64,000 bases of DNA from positions 96,001 through 160,000 of the forward strand of contig JAXCHI010000004.1 in assembly GCA_033977065.1 (NCBI GenBank). Direction: 5' to 3'. Source of the DNA: Candidatus Algichlamydia australiensis (GTDB lineage: Bacteria; Chlamydiota; Chlamydiia; Chlamydiales; JAJFMI01). Of this stretch, positions 1-10,587 are shown piece by piece. The position numbers were made by a program, and so were the translations under genes. Position 1 is the stretch's first letter. Each line of letters begins with the position of its first letter. Under the pieces are notes generated by a model. It made no database searches. It was not told the DNA's origin and saw only the letters and a list, made by a program, of their open reading frames with translations.

Positions 1-1051
1 GCAAAATCGCGACGGCATCTTCTAAACTTGGTTCGGCTACTGTGACCGGCTGAAAACGGCGCTCGAGCGCGGCATCGCGCTCAATGTATTTTTGGTACTC
101 GCTGAGTGTTGTGGCACCAACACAGTGAAGTGAACCGCGCGATAGAGCAGGCTTAAGCAGGTTCGCAGCATCCATTGCACCTTCTGTTGCACCTGCACCA
201 ACCAGCGTATGAATCTCATCAATAAAAAGAAGGATCTGCCCCTCTGCGCGCTCAATTTCTTGTAAAATGGATTTAAGACGCTCTTCAAATTCCCCACGAA
301 ATTTTGTTCCCGCAATTAAGGCGCCCATATCAAGCGCAACAAGCTGTTTATTTTTGAGAGCATCAGGGATGTCGCCGCTGACAATGCGCAGAGCCAAGCC
401 CTCAGCAATTGCAGTCTTTCCAACTCCAGGATCACCGATTAGGAGGGGGTTGTTTTTTGTGCGACGAGATAAGACTTGCATCGTGCGACGAATCTCTTCA
501 TGGCGTCCAATAACAGGGTCGAGCTTTCCCGATTTAGCAAGTTCGGTAAGATCGCGGCAGTATTTCTTGAGAGCTTGCATGTTCCCCTCAGCGGAAGGGG
601 AGCCAACGGCTTTGCCACCACGCATTTCTTTAACTTTCTCTTCAATTTGCGAAAGAGGGGCACCAGATTTTTTCACCAGACTGGCAAAAGGTTCACCGCC
701 CTGCTGCCAAAAGAGATAGAAGAGATGGTCAGAGCTAATATAGCGATCGCCCCACTTTTGGCAGAGTGCTTGCGCAGCACTGATCATCTTTTGTAATTTT
801 GGGTTAATGTTGGGCTGGTCAGGAGTTCCACTAAAGGTTGGAAGCTTGCTTAAACTCTTATCAACTTGCTTTAAGAGTCCCGTGCTATCGAGCTGCAAAC
901 TCGAGAAAAGAGTCGTGAAATATCCACTGGGATCTTGCAGTAGCGCGTGTAAAAGATGATTTTCTGTTACCTCAACGTGAGAGCGTGCGTGCGCTTCTGA
1001 AAATGCTGCCTCTAGGGCGGCTTGAGTAGCTTCTGTAAACTCTGGTTGCAT
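1..1051 (-). CDS. clpB: ATP-dependent chaperone ClpB, 5' part (runs off window)
   Basis: Not in ORF track. Manual minus-strand translation from ATG 1051: [26 protein letters not shown], then [21 protein letters not shown] (Walker A) and [13 protein letters not shown]. Confidence 0.92.
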   Translation of the reverse strand, partial: MQPEFTEATQAALEAAFSEAHARSHVEVTENHLLHALLQDPSGYFTTLFSSLQLDSTGLLKQVDKSLSKLPTFSGTPDQPNINPKLQKMISAAQALCQKWGDRYISSDHLFYLFWQQGGEPFASLVKKSGAPLSQIEEKVKEMRGGKAVGSPSAEGNMQALKKYCRDLTELAKSGKLDPVIGRHEEIRRTMQVLSRRTKNNPLLIGDPGVGKTAIAEGLALRIVSGDIPDALKNKQLVALDMGALIAGTKFRGEFEERLKSILQEIERAEGQILLFIDEIHTLVGAGATEGAMDAANLLKPALSRGSLHCVGATTLSEYQKYIERDAALERRFQPVTVAEPSLEDAVAIL

Positions 1052-1087
1052 GCATCCATTTTAAAAAATGCATCGCAATTTAGCAAG

Positions 1088-1474
1088 CTATTTTACTTCA
1101 TCAATTGAAGCTAAACGTCTTGCACTGACTGAGGAATACGTTGCGCGATTTGTAAGAAGGCAGGGGTAGTCAGGATGTGAACTTTTGGAGATGTCGATCG
1201 TTGCAGGAGTAAGCCAAGCACTTGTGATTCCAATATCTGCAGGGTTGATTTTCCAAACAGAATCGTCAGAGAGTTGTAAATATTTTCCGTCTCTCATATT
1301 CAAGCTGATGTTGAGCGTTTCTCCTTCTCGCAGCTTTGGGTTTGTGCAATTTTGCTCTACCATAGGCTCTTCCTTTTTAGGTTGAGGTTTTGGTGCAGCT
1401 TTTACGGGGGCGGGTTTACTTGTGCAGGCAACAAAGAGACCTGCGGATAGAATTAAAAATTTTGCTCGTGACAT
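1088..1474 (-). CDS. Putative lipoprotein
   Basis: Hydrophobic N-terminus with FVAC lipobox, then P/K-rich linker. Start 1474 (MSRAKF) preferred over 1492. Confidence 0.6.
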   Translation of the reverse strand: MSRAKFLILSAGLFVACTSKPAPVKAAPKPQPKKEEPMVEQNCTNPKLREGETLNISLNMRDGKYLQLSDDSVWKINPADIGITSAWLTPATIDISKSSHPDYPCLLTNRATYSSVSARRLASIDEVK

Positions 1475-1510
1475 AATAAATTTATTTATCAAATATAGGA
1501 AATTGAAACA

Positions 1511-2434
1511 ATGACAATTTTATTTGCTATACTTGCGATCGTTTTGGGGACTCTTCTTCTGCACTTTGGAGGAGAAAAACTCCTGCACTCTTCCATTGCT
1601 GTAGCGCGTGGTCTTGGTCTTTCCAATCTTGTTATTGGAATTTTTGTTGTTGCCGTCGCCACCTCTATGCCAGAAGTGCTCACAAGTGTCATCGCACAAT
1701 TTAAGGGGATGCCAGGCGATATTGCAATGGGAAACGTACTCGGGTCAAATATTGCGAATATTGCTGTTGTGCTTGGGGTCTCTCTTCTAATCTCACCATG
1801 TAAACTTACAAAAGAGATCCGCTTTCGTGAAATGGCATTTATGACAGGTGCGCTTTTTCTTATTCTAGCCATTATGTGGATTGGGCCGATAACCTTTCGT
1901 CGCTCACTTCTTCTCTTTGCTGCTCTTATTGGTTACCTCGCCTTTCACGTAATTAAGGCAAAAAAAGAGCGCAAACCGCGCTGCCGGAAAACGCAATATC
2001 TTAAAGAGAGTCTTCTCATCCTCATCGCCACAGTGCTCCTCTTTCTTGGTGCGCGTTTTCTGCTCTATGGTGCTGTAGAAATTGCTACCTGGTTTGGGAT
2101 CTCTGCACGTGTGATCTCCCTTACCCTGATTGCTATCGGCACTTCTCTACCGGAGCTGGCCACAGCAATTGCTGCCGCAAGGCGGAATGAAGAAGAAGTC
2201 GTTCTTGGCAACGTTATAGGAAGTAATATCTTTAATCCTTTGCTGATCCTGCCAGCGGCAGCCCTCGTCCACCCCATTGTATTTTCAAAAGAAATGTTTG
2301 TGCAAGACGCGCCCCTTGTCCTTGTCTTTACCTTGCTCCTCTGGGGAATGCTCGCTCTCTCAAAAAAGCTGACCCGTTACCACGGGATGGCCTTGCTTTT
2401 GGCCTATTTTCTCTATATTCTATACCTATATTGA
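1511..2434 (+). CDS. Calcium/sodium antiporter (CaCA, YrbG-like)
   Basis: Two alpha repeats (ATSMPE..GNVLGSNIAN; GTSLPE..GNVIGSNIFN), highly hydrophobic. Confidence 0.93.
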   Translation: MTILFAILAIVLGTLLLHFGGEKLLHSSIAVARGLGLSNLVIGIFVVAVATSMPEVLTSVIAQFKGMPGDIAMGNVLGSNIANIAVVLGVSLLISPCKLTKEIRFREMAFMTGALFLILAIMWIGPITFRRSLLLFAALIGYLAFHVIKAKKERKPRCRKTQYLKESLLILIATVLLFLGARFLLYGAVEIATWFGISARVISLTLIAIGTSLPELATAIAAARRNEEEVVLGNVIGSNIFNPLLILPAAALVHPIVFSKEMFVQDAPLVLVFTLLLWGMLALSKKLTRYHGMALLLAYFLYILYLY

Positions 2435-3642
2435 CTAGTAAACATTTAGGTTATAGCGGGAAATTGACCCGCACCGCACTTCTCTGGATGAAGCTCACTA
2501 GTGAACCCTTGGTAGCGCTCTATACCCTCTTGCCCTTTATCTTAAGAAAAGATTTACATGCATCGGCTATCCAAATTTCTCTATTCACCTCCCTAAAACC
2601 AGTCCTTGCGGTCCTTGCCTACTATTTAAGCGCGTATCATGCAAAAAATGGAAAGAGTGTCTATCAAAATTTAATGCATACTTGGGTGCTTGCTTACTTG
2701 CCCTTTTTACTTTTCCCTTGGTTGGGAAATTACGCCTACCTCCTTCTTGCTGCCAGCTGCTACCAACTCTTCAGTAAAGCGGTCACCCCACCATTAATGG
2801 AAATTTTGAAACAAAACATTCCAAAAACTGCCCGTGAGAGCATTTTTTCTAAAAGTTTTATGTTTTGTTTTGTGGAAAGCGCGTTGTTGGGGCTCTTCAT
2901 TGGAAAGATTCTCGATTGGAATGGGGGCTCTTGGCAAGTTCTCTTTTCTATTTCATCTCTCATTGCACTCAGCAGTTATCATATCCAAAGAAAAATCCCC
3001 AAAACAAGCGCGTCCTTATCCATCAAGTTCAAGCATAAAAACCCTCTCCTTGACCCCCTTAAAGAGAGTTTAGTATTGATGAAGCAGGATCGCGACTTCA
3101 AGCACTTTCAAATGGGGTTTATGATTGGAGGAAGTGCTTTGATGTTTATTACACCAGCACTTCCGATCTACTACGCGGATGTTCTTCTTCTCTCACATGG
3201 AGAAGTATCGCAAGCGCGTTTTATCCTAATGGCCTTTGGAGTCTTGATCTCTTCTACAATTTGGAAAAACTTTTTGCACAATAGCTCTATCAATAAATTG
3301 ATGCCCTGGATCACCATCGGTTTTGGTCTCTACCCGCTCTGCGTGCTTTTTTCCAACGTAAATGTGGCCTTTTTTATCTACGGCATTGCGCAAGCGGGCA
3401 GTCATCTTATCTGGCATCTTTCGGGAACGATCTTCTCTAAAGATGGCGATAGCACACCTTACACAGCTGTAAATATTCTTTCACAAGGTTTGCGCGGTTT
3501 GATAGTTCCCTTCCTTGGCGGTGTTGCCTGCACCTTTTTTGGTCCTGTTCCTGTCATGATTGTGGGATCGCTCACAAGCTTTATTGGTGCCTATGTGATG
3601 TACCGGAGCGCTTATCTATCTAATCCTGAACAGGTATATTAA
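2431..3642 (+). CDS. MFS transporter
   Basis: 403 aa with ~11-12 hydrophobic segments in two halves; overlaps upstream stop. Confidence 0.75.
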   Translation: MTSKHLGYSGKLTRTALLWMKLTSEPLVALYTLLPFILRKDLHASAIQISLFTSLKPVLAVLAYYLSAYHAKNGKSVYQNLMHTWVLAYLPFLLFPWLGNYAYLLLAASCYQLFSKAVTPPLMEILKQNIPKTARESIFSKSFMFCFVESALLGLFIGKILDWNGGSWQVLFSISSLIALSSYHIQRKIPKTSASLSIKFKHKNPLLDPLKESLVLMKQDRDFKHFQMGFMIGGSALMFITPALPIYYADVLLLSHGEVSQARFILMAFGVLISSTIWKNFLHNSSINKLMPWITIGFGLYPLCVLFSNVNVAFFIYGIAQAGSHLIWHLSGTIFSKDGDSTPYTAVNILSQGLRGLIVPFLGGVACTFFGPVPVMIVGSLTSFIGAYVMYRSAYLSNPEQVY

Positions 3643-3719
3643 AATCACCAAAAACATTGAAACTGAACGTTTTTAGAACTCTTAGTGTACTTGTTTTTGC
3701 TTATGGGGTATATTGAATT

Positions 3720-3752
3720 TGTAATTTATATCAAAATATGATATAAATTACA
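3720..3752. promoter_or_regulatory. 14-bp perfect inverted repeat, probable AbiEi operator
   Basis: TGTAATTTATATCA-aaata-TGATATAAATTACA ending 2 nt before the abiEi ATG. Confidence 0.75.
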
Positions 3753-3754
3753 GT

Positions 3755-4570
3755 ATGAATGTACCCAACAGAAGCCTATTAGGAATAGGAAAGCAATCTC
3801 GTAGATATCTGCAAAGAGTACTTGCTGTAAATGAAGGGGTTATTACTCCCAAAAGAGTCGCAGAAATATTAAATATTAAGATTTCGCGTGCAAACGTACT
3901 CCTTTCTTACTGGACATCTCGTGGGTGGCTACAGAGAATCCGTCAAGGCGCATATGTAGAGGTTTCACTGAGAGGAGCCTCAACAGATCGAGCGTTGGAA
4001 GATCCTTGGGTTATTGCAGAGCAACTTTTTTCACCTTGTTTTATCACAGGCTTAACAGCTGCTCAATATTGGGATTTTACGGAACAAATTGTTGAAGTTG
4101 TAACGGTTTTTACTGAAATACCCATACGTCACAGAAAACAAGAAATAGGGAAAGTGCGTTTTGTTTTTAAGCAAACTTCTCAAGAGAAAAGATTTGGATT
4201 AAAAAAGATTTGGCGTGATAATATTCCGGTATATTTTGCAGATCCATCTCGAACATTAGTAGATCTGTTAGCAGATCCAGCACTTGGAGGAGGAATTGTG
4301 AGTGTAGAGGAAATTCTATTAGAATATTGGAGGAGCGATCATTTGAACCGTGATCTTCTCCTAAATTATGTAAAAAAATACAACAATAAAACAATATTCA
4401 AGCGCCTTGGTTTTTTACTTGAAAAAAATCAATTTGAAGAAGAAAATTTTTTGAAGACATGTCGTGAAAACATAAGCAAGGGATATTCTCAGCTCGATCC
4501 GTCGATAAAAGGAAGCCGACTATCAAAAAGGTGGGGCCTGTGGTACCCGGAAAAATATAATATAAAATGA
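3755..4570 (+). CDS. abiEi: Type IV TA antitoxin, AbiEi family
   Basis: N-terminal wHTH (GWLQRIRQGAY), TAAQYWDFTEQI, PSRTLVDLLADPALGGG, KRLGFLLE; directly upstream of AbiEii. Confidence 0.85.
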   Translation: MNVPNRSLLGIGKQSRRYLQRVLAVNEGVITPKRVAEILNIKISRANVLLSYWTSRGWLQRIRQGAYVEVSLRGASTDRALEDPWVIAEQLFSPCFITGLTAAQYWDFTEQIVEVVTVFTEIPIRHRKQEIGKVRFVFKQTSQEKRFGLKKIWRDNIPVYFADPSRTLVDLLADPALGGGIVSVEEILLEYWRSDHLNRDLLLNYVKKYNNKTIFKRLGFLLEKNQFEEENFLKTCRENISKGYSQLDPSIKGSRLSKRWGLWYPEKYNIK

Positions 4571-4571
4571 A

Positions 4572-5408
4572 ATGATTTTAAAAGAAGAGATTTTGGTGCA
4601 GGCTGATGAGCACAATCTTTTTCCTACTACCATTGAAAAAGATTATGTCCTCAGTTGGGTATTATGGGGTATTTTTCTACATCCGTTGCTTTCTTCAAAA
4701 CTTGTTTTCAAGGGCGGAACTTGTTTAAAAAAATGTTTTTTTGGCTCATATAGATTTTCGGAAGATCTTGACTTTACTCTTACAAAGCCCACAACACTGA
4801 TCGAGTTAGAAAAAAGCTTTCAAGAGGTTTGTGAATGGGTTCAAGAGAACTCACGGATTATGTTTTTTCAGAAAAAGCAAAAATTTGAGGAATACAAAAC
4901 ACCTCGTGGTAACTTAGCATTTCAGGGGAGACTGCGTTATCAAGGGCCATTAAAACATAAAACAAGTTTCCCTAAAATCAAACTTGATATTACTGCTCAT
5001 GAAATTCTTGTTGAGAAACCTTCTTTGTGTAAAGTCCTTCATCATTATTCCGATAGCTGCAAAGAAGAGGTGCAAATTGCTACCTATTCATTTGAAGAAG
5101 TTTTTGCGGAAAAAATCCGAGCGCTCATTCAAAGGTCGCGCCCACGCGATCTCTATGATGTTATCCACTTAAATAATCAACAAATACATGCTTATAATAA
5201 AGCTTTGGTGCGTGATATTTTGCTGAAAAAATGTAATTTTGCAAAAGTTCCTTACCCAGAAATAGAAAAGCTACTAAACAGACAAAATAAAGAATTTGTG
5301 GCGACGGGCTGGAGCAACATGTTAGCGCATCAGATTTCTGGACTTGAGCCTGTGGAGCATTATTGGAAGCAGCTTCCTGAGGTATTTTCTTGGATCCAGC
5401 AGGTTTAA
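4572..5408 (+). CDS. abiEii: Type IV TA toxin, AbiEii nucleotidyltransferase
   Basis: IEKDY, FKGGTCLKK, RFSEDLDF, EKIRAL..R.RPRDLYD motifs. Confidence 0.92.
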   Translation: MILKEEILVQADEHNLFPTTIEKDYVLSWVLWGIFLHPLLSSKLVFKGGTCLKKCFFGSYRFSEDLDFTLTKPTTLIELEKSFQEVCEWVQENSRIMFFQKKQKFEEYKTPRGNLAFQGRLRYQGPLKHKTSFPKIKLDITAHEILVEKPSLCKVLHHYSDSCKEEVQIATYSFEEVFAEKIRALIQRSRPRDLYDVIHLNNQQIHAYNKALVRDILLKKCNFAKVPYPEIEKLLNRQNKEFVATGWSNMLAHQISGLEPVEHYWKQLPEVFSWIQQV

Positions 5409-6565
5409 GCTACTGCAGATTTTGCAGTGGCAGGTCTGCGAGCTAAGATGGCATTTGTGATTTCGTCATTTTTCCCCCAACCTATAATGATCTGTTCTAC
5501 GGTATCGCCAGCAAGATTTTTTTGAGTGAGAAGGGTATTTACAGTCTCTTCTCCTAATTTTTCATCTAAGCTTTTCAATGCTTGAGGAAGATGCTTGGGA
5601 TCTAAAACGGCTTTCCAATGCAGACAACTATTTTGTAATGCGTCAAGCTTCAAAAACTCTTCTTTGGGTTTATTCAATTCAAGTAACGCGAAGCATCTCT
5701 GATGAATTGCTGGAGGCGGATTTAAAAATGTTGTCCGACTAGACTCTATTTGTTCTTTTACTTCTTCATTATCTTTAAAGACATCAAAATACATTATAGC
5801 TAGAAAATGTCTAGTAAGATAGGCAGGACCATTTCTTGCTTGAATACAATAACGAATAAGTGTCTTAAAGTGATTGTCAATAAACCAAGAAAATAAATCT
5901 CCTTCACTTTGTAAAAAAATGGTAAGAAAAAGTTTCCTATCTAATTGAAGCCCATGCTGCACAAATAGTTGCAGCATTTTATCTGAAGCAAAGAAATTTC
6001 GTAAAAAAGAATTATAACGAGCGCAAAAGAGAGGAGCTCCTCTATACGTGGATCCATAATCAATAAGATTAGGATTTGCACCATTTTTTAGGAGACTTTC
6101 AATTTCTTGGAGGTCGCCCTCTTCAATCGCTAATTCTAAAGGATAAGCATTCGTTCTCTTATTTGTTAAAAACCAAGCTATATTTGACTTGCCAGCCGTT
6201 ACTCTTTTATTTACAAATTCGTTTGCTGTTGTTTCATTTGAAAAAATATTTTTCCAATGGTAAGCGTCCCAAGTTTCTTTTATAAGTCGGTAAAATACCT
6301 TGCTATGAACAAAAAAATTTATAAGTAAAATGATACCAGCAATATGTGTGCCTTTGACTGGTAATACTTGTTTATCCTGTAATGAATACTTTATAGTGTT
6401 GAGATTTTCTAAAATATTTAATGTAGATAAACCCCAGATAGAACCAAAACTCATGTAAGAAATAAGACCCTCTTGATTTTCAAGGAGAATACAAATTTCA
6501 GTTCCAACACCTAGAGATGCAATTCCTGCTGAATAGGCAAATGGGGCAACCTGAGAAATTTTCAT
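5405..6565 (-). CDS. Hypothetical protein with N-terminal hydrophobic segments and ankyrin-like repeat(s)
   Basis: YPLELAIEEGDLQEIESLLKNGANPN ankyrin-like unit; hydrophobic stretches in first ~90 aa. Confidence 0.6.
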   Translation of the reverse strand: MKISQVAPFAYSAGIASLGVGTEICILLENQEGLISYMSFGSIWGLSTLNILENLNTIKYSLQDKQVLPVKGTHIAGIILLINFFVHSKVFYRLIKETWDAYHWKNIFSNETTANEFVNKRVTAGKSNIAWFLTNKRTNAYPLELAIEEGDLQEIESLLKNGANPNLIDYGSTYRGAPLFCARYNSFLRNFFASDKMLQLFVQHGLQLDRKLFLTIFLQSEGDLFSWFIDNHFKTLIRYCIQARNGPAYLTRHFLAIMYFDVFKDNEEVKEQIESSRTTFLNPPPAIHQRCFALLELNKPKEEFLKLDALQNSCLHWKAVLDPKHLPQALKSLDEKLGEETVNTLLTQKNLAGDTVEQIIIGWGKNDEITNAILARRPATAKSAVA

Positions 6566-6739
6566 AGGATAAGGTTAGCAAAAACCAAAGAATCGTTCAA
6601 CACGGGCAGACGTATCGCACAACCTTGATTTAGATGGTATTGTCAAATGGCTATGATCAAAAAAAATCATTTTATCTTAATATAAGCTTCATGATAGTCT
6701 GATGCTCGAGTTGAAAATAGCTTTGAGTTTGGATAGAGG

Positions 6740-9700
6740 ATGGGTGTGCGTATGTGGAAGCCAAAAATGCCAAAATTCACCGTCATCACAGGCTGGTGGT
6801 TAAGATTGCATCAAGAGAAAAAACCTACCCTTATGGGAGCCTGGAAGCGATTTATAAGGCAGATTCCTGCTGATTCGCGCGCTCTTGTAAAAAGTCATAA
6901 ACATTTCATTGTATTTGGAGGGCCTAATTCTGGGAAAACAGAGCTCATTCAAGGTTTAATTCAACAAAGTGAGGACCTTTTTCCTTTTGATACAATTTAT
7001 CATGAGGAGTCGATGATTCAGCTCTTCTTTGGTCCCAAACAAATTGTTCATGAAATTGAATTTCCGACTTTAGAAGATCGCTCGATTAAGATGCGGAAAC
7101 AGATCATCCGGTTTTGGAAGAAGCTATTTCAAAATCGCGATCCAATTGTTGTAATTGTGCAAAATTGGGCAGATGAAGAAACACAAGACACTCACGATTT
7201 CAGCCGGTTAGCGCAGTTAATTGGTGGAAAGCTATCTCTTCTTTCTGAAATTTGTAAAAAACCAATTAAGGTACGGATCAATTTAACTCATCTAGATAAA
7301 ATTGAGGGTTATCTTGAATTCGCACACTATTTAAAACAGCAAGATTTAACTTTTTCTATCCCTTTAACTTCTCGTTTTGCTGTCAATACATTAGAAGAAA
7401 AATTCCAAACTTTTGCTGACCAACACCTCCCTAACATGCTCACTTCTCTTTCCGATAAAGAATTCATTAAAATCCAACGGTTTTTTAGGGAAGTTCCAAA
7501 AGCATTTCCAAAGATCGAGGAGTTTTTGCGTGCTGTGATAACACGAGTGCGCTCAAAGGGATTTGTCGACTTAGAGATGCTTACCTTTAGCTCGAATAGC
7601 GAAGGAAGCACATCACTTGTTCCTTTTGATTGGAAAAAAGAAGCGGCTGCTGCTATTTTCTTTCGCTATCCAATGCTTAAACATCAAATTGCAGCAGTAT
7701 TTGTCGCATCTATAATTTGTGGATTTACATACAAGCTCTATCACAATGACAAAGAGCATTTGGCATTAGCAAACAGGGGGATTGATTTACTGCGCCGTTG
7801 CGAGGTGGCAAAATTTCAAAGAGAAGTGTTACCAAAATATGCAAAGCTGCTGCACTTTCAAAAACCTTCTCTTTACTCTTACGCGTTACCCAAGTTTTAT
7901 TTTAAACAAATTTGCAAAGCCGAAGAGGCGTTGGTTAAACAAATGTATAGGCATATTTTAGAGCCAAATTTTTGCCATATGCTTTTAAAAGAGGAAATAG
8001 AGTTTCAGTATATCTACTATCTTGGCTTGATGTATGCAGTAAAAAGAAATGATGTGGGTTCGTGCTTTATTGAGAATCTTGAAGCCTTTGCTCATCAGAT
8101 GGATCTCGACCCGAACTTTATAAAAACCTATATTTTCCTCTCAAAAACTCCAGGTTATCAGCTTGCAAAAGAGAAGACAGTAAAAATTAATCCAAATCTA
8201 TCACTTACAAGTCTACGTCCTTGGATTAAGTTTTTAAAGTACTTTGATCGGCTGAATAATGAACCTGTTTTTATGAGTCATAATTTTGAGACTTTGCATT
8301 TCGAAGCTGTAAATCTTTTAAATACTCTCGATTATCTACAAAACAATCCTGTAGTTGCATTTGCTTCTGTTTTAGAGGAGGATAAGAATTTTCAGAACGC
8401 ACCTCCTGAAGAGTTTGAGCATGTCAAAACAGTTAGTTGGATTTATCAAAATCGACACAAGCTAAAAGAGTTTTTACTTTTCATAAAAAACACCTCAATT
8501 GACCTTCCTGATGTGCGTAATCTTAATATTTCGCAGTTGTTTGCTCAAGTAGATGAGATTCAGAAAATTAATCAAATTCCCGAAACTCTATTTAACTTTA
8601 TTATTGAGGGAAATTCTTACTCATTTTTGTCTAAGAAATGGACAGAACTGACTGTTAACCACAGCGTACAACGCGCTCTACAAGAATTTATCGTTCATAA
8701 CACCAACTCTGGTGGACGTATCTTTTTTACAAATTGTGATCAGCCTCTACCTCCAGTAATGACAACTTTTATGGGGCAGTTCCCGCTTATTCGAGAGGAT
8801 AGAGCTGTACCTGCTAAGTACTCTCGCATTGCTTTTGAGAAAAATGTTCGTATGACTACAGAAGTTCTCCTAGAAAAAGTTGAAGAGCTACCTCTAGCTA
8901 AGGATGAGAAGATTCGCTTTAATCACTTTCTTCGCAATGAAGTAGCAAGCTATATCAAAAAATTTCAAGAGCACTACTTAAGTTTTTATCACGCTTGTCA
9001 GATCAACACAGAAGGTCTGCAAGAGATTAAAGGTACTTTGAGAGGGCTATTAAAAACTACAGCACCTTTTTACGATTTTTTACAGTGCTTTCATTATCAT
9101 AGCGGGGCTTTTTCTCAAGAGACTTCCTGCTTAGAGAGTTTTGAAGAGCTCAATCAATTTGCCTTTTTAGCAAATATTTTTGATGTTGAGAATAGAGAAG
9201 AGGCACTTGAACCCTACTTTAGAGTTGTTGCAGATATTCTTAGCGATCTAGAAAGAGACTCTCCTGAAAGCTTAGATAGTTTTCCCTACCTCTCTGCTAA
9301 CTTGACACCAGCAGCAAATATCGGCCTGCAAATTTTGCAAAATACGGAAGGGTCTTACCGTAATCAAGTAATTGCCTCTTTAGAAGAGATGGAGATTCCG
9401 AAATACTTCCATAAACCTTTTTTACAGCCTATTGAGGCCCTTTATAAGGTTGGGCTTATAGAGCTTAAAAAAATCATAGAAGACTTGTGGAGAGAAGAGC
9501 TTAGCCCTTCTGTAAATGCACTTTTTGAAAAATTTCCCTTTGCACTAGACTCTAACAAGATTGCTTCAATTGAAGAAGTTGCAGCAAAACTCAATCCCAA
9601 AAGTCAATTATGGCAAAGAGTACACGAACTTATTTCATCTGTTTCGAAGCAAGATGGAGATAGATGGGTATCAAAAGATCCCGAGAACATCAACCTTAAT

Positions 9701-10174
9701 GGGCAAATTTTTAGCTTGTTAAGTCGGTTTTCAAAAGCAACAAATGGTTTGTGGGATGAGAAGGGAAATCCTAGAGAGCTTACCTTTAAATTTCGCCCCA
9801 TACCTTTCTCATATACTGCCAATGTAAATCCGTTGCCAATTTGCTCATACATACGTGTTGGAGATAAAATTTTTCGGAATTTCAACCAGGAGTCTGCCAC
9901 AGAAACCCTCAGGTTCCCTTGGTGGGAAGAGTTGCCCGCCTGTGTGGGGGTAGAGCTACTTAATAAAAAAACGCGTGTGACATCTCACCGGACTAAAAAA
10001 GAAGCGCCTAAGCATTGGAGCTTTTTTCATGTGCTTAAGCAAGGAAGGCAAGAGAGCAAGAATCTTTGGACGTGGACTTTCCCTAGTGGTCAAGGAGAAG
10101 TGCGCGAAGCATCAATATTTTTTGAAACGTCACCGGATACGCTTTTCAGTTGGGATAGGGAGAGAATAGAATGA
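6740..10174 (+). CDS. tssM: T6SS membrane complex subunit TssM/IcmF (PdpB-like)
   Basis: 1144 aa; Walker A GGPNSGKT; LTHLDKIEGY (IcmF TK.D..GF-like); single TM near residue 320; KFPF motif; T6SS context. Confidence 0.82.
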   Translation: MGVRMWKPKMPKFTVITGWWLRLHQEKKPTLMGAWKRFIRQIPADSRALVKSHKHFIVFGGPNSGKTELIQGLIQQSEDLFPFDTIYHEESMIQLFFGPKQIVHEIEFPTLEDRSIKMRKQIIRFWKKLFQNRDPIVVIVQNWADEETQDTHDFSRLAQLIGGKLSLLSEICKKPIKVRINLTHLDKIEGYLEFAHYLKQQDLTFSIPLTSRFAVNTLEEKFQTFADQHLPNMLTSLSDKEFIKIQRFFREVPKAFPKIEEFLRAVITRVRSKGFVDLEMLTFSSNSEGSTSLVPFDWKKEAAAAIFFRYPMLKHQIAAVFVASIICGFTYKLYHNDKEHLALANRGIDLLRRCEVAKFQREVLPKYAKLLHFQKPSLYSYALPKFYFKQICKAEEALVKQMYRHILEPNFCHMLLKEEIEFQYIYYLGLMYAVKRNDVGSCFIENLEAFAHQMDLDPNFIKTYIFLSKTPGYQLAKEKTVKINPNLSLTSLRPWIKFLKYFDRLNNEPVFMSHNFETLHFEAVNLLNTLDYLQNNPVVAFASVLEEDKNFQNAPPEEFEHVKTVSWIYQNRHKLKEFLLFIKNTSIDLPDVRNLNISQLFAQVDEIQKINQIPETLFNFIIEGNSYSFLSKKWTELTVNHSVQRALQEFIVHNTNSGGRIFFTNCDQPLPPVMTTFMGQFPLIREDRAVPAKYSRIAFEKNVRMTTEVLLEKVEELPLAKDEKIRFNHFLRNEVASYIKKFQEHYLSFYHACQINTEGLQEIKGTLRGLLKTTAPFYDFLQCFHYHSGAFSQETSCLESFEELNQFAFLANIFDVENREEALEPYFRVVADILSDLERDSPESLDSFPYLSANLTPAANIGLQILQNTEGSYRNQVIASLEEMEIPKYFHKPFLQPIEALYKVGLIELKKIIEDLWREELSPSVNALFEKFPFALDSNKIASIEEVAAKLNPKSQLWQRVHELISSVSKQDGDRWVSKDPENINLNGQIFSLLSRFSKATNGLWDEKGNPRELTFKFRPIPFSYTANVNPLPICSYIRVGDKIFRNFNQESATETLRFPWWEELPACVGVELLNKKTRVTSHRTKKEAPKHWSFFHVLKQGRQESKNLWTWTFPSGQGEVREASIFFETSPDTLFSWDRERIE

Positions 10175-10587
10175 AAAAAATTACTATTATCTTATTGATT
10201 CTACTTACTGCATGCAACTCGCGTGCAAACCATGTTGCAACTTTTCAGATTAAAACTGATGCAAATACGAATGAAGGAATCCCTTTTTATGTTGTTGCAA
10301 AATCGACAGAGTATATGGAATATGTCTGCGATGACTACCATAAAATTTACAACGAATTAGCATCTGCATCAGATGAGGATGAAAGGATCGTAACCTTTTT
10401 CATCATTCCAGGTGAAACAAAAAAAATTCGTGTCGAAGGCAAAGGAAATAAAGCTCCTGCAATTTATTTTCTTTTTACAAAACCGGGTGAGGCGTGGAGT
10501 TACTACGCTTCTGGAGGAGGTAAGCAATCAGTAAAACTTTTTTTAGGAAAGCACGAAATTGAAGCACAGAGTGCTTTTCGCTCATGA
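10171..10587 (+). CDS. T6SS outer-membrane lipoprotein TssJ/IglE-like
   Basis: LTAC lipobox; DANTNEGIPFYVV, IIPGE and W motif resemble TssJ; ATGA-coupled to tssM. Confidence 0.68.
   Translation: MKKITIILLILLTACNSRANHVATFQIKTDANTNEGIPFYVVAKSTEYMEYVCDDYHKIYNELASASDEDERIVTFFIIPGETKKIRVEGKGNKAPAIYFLFTKPGEAWSYYASGGGKQSVKLFLGKHEIEAQSAFRS

Noticed and set aside
37..796. Short ORFs 37-315, 267-719, 439-663 and 476-796
   Set aside because: Shadow frames of clpB.
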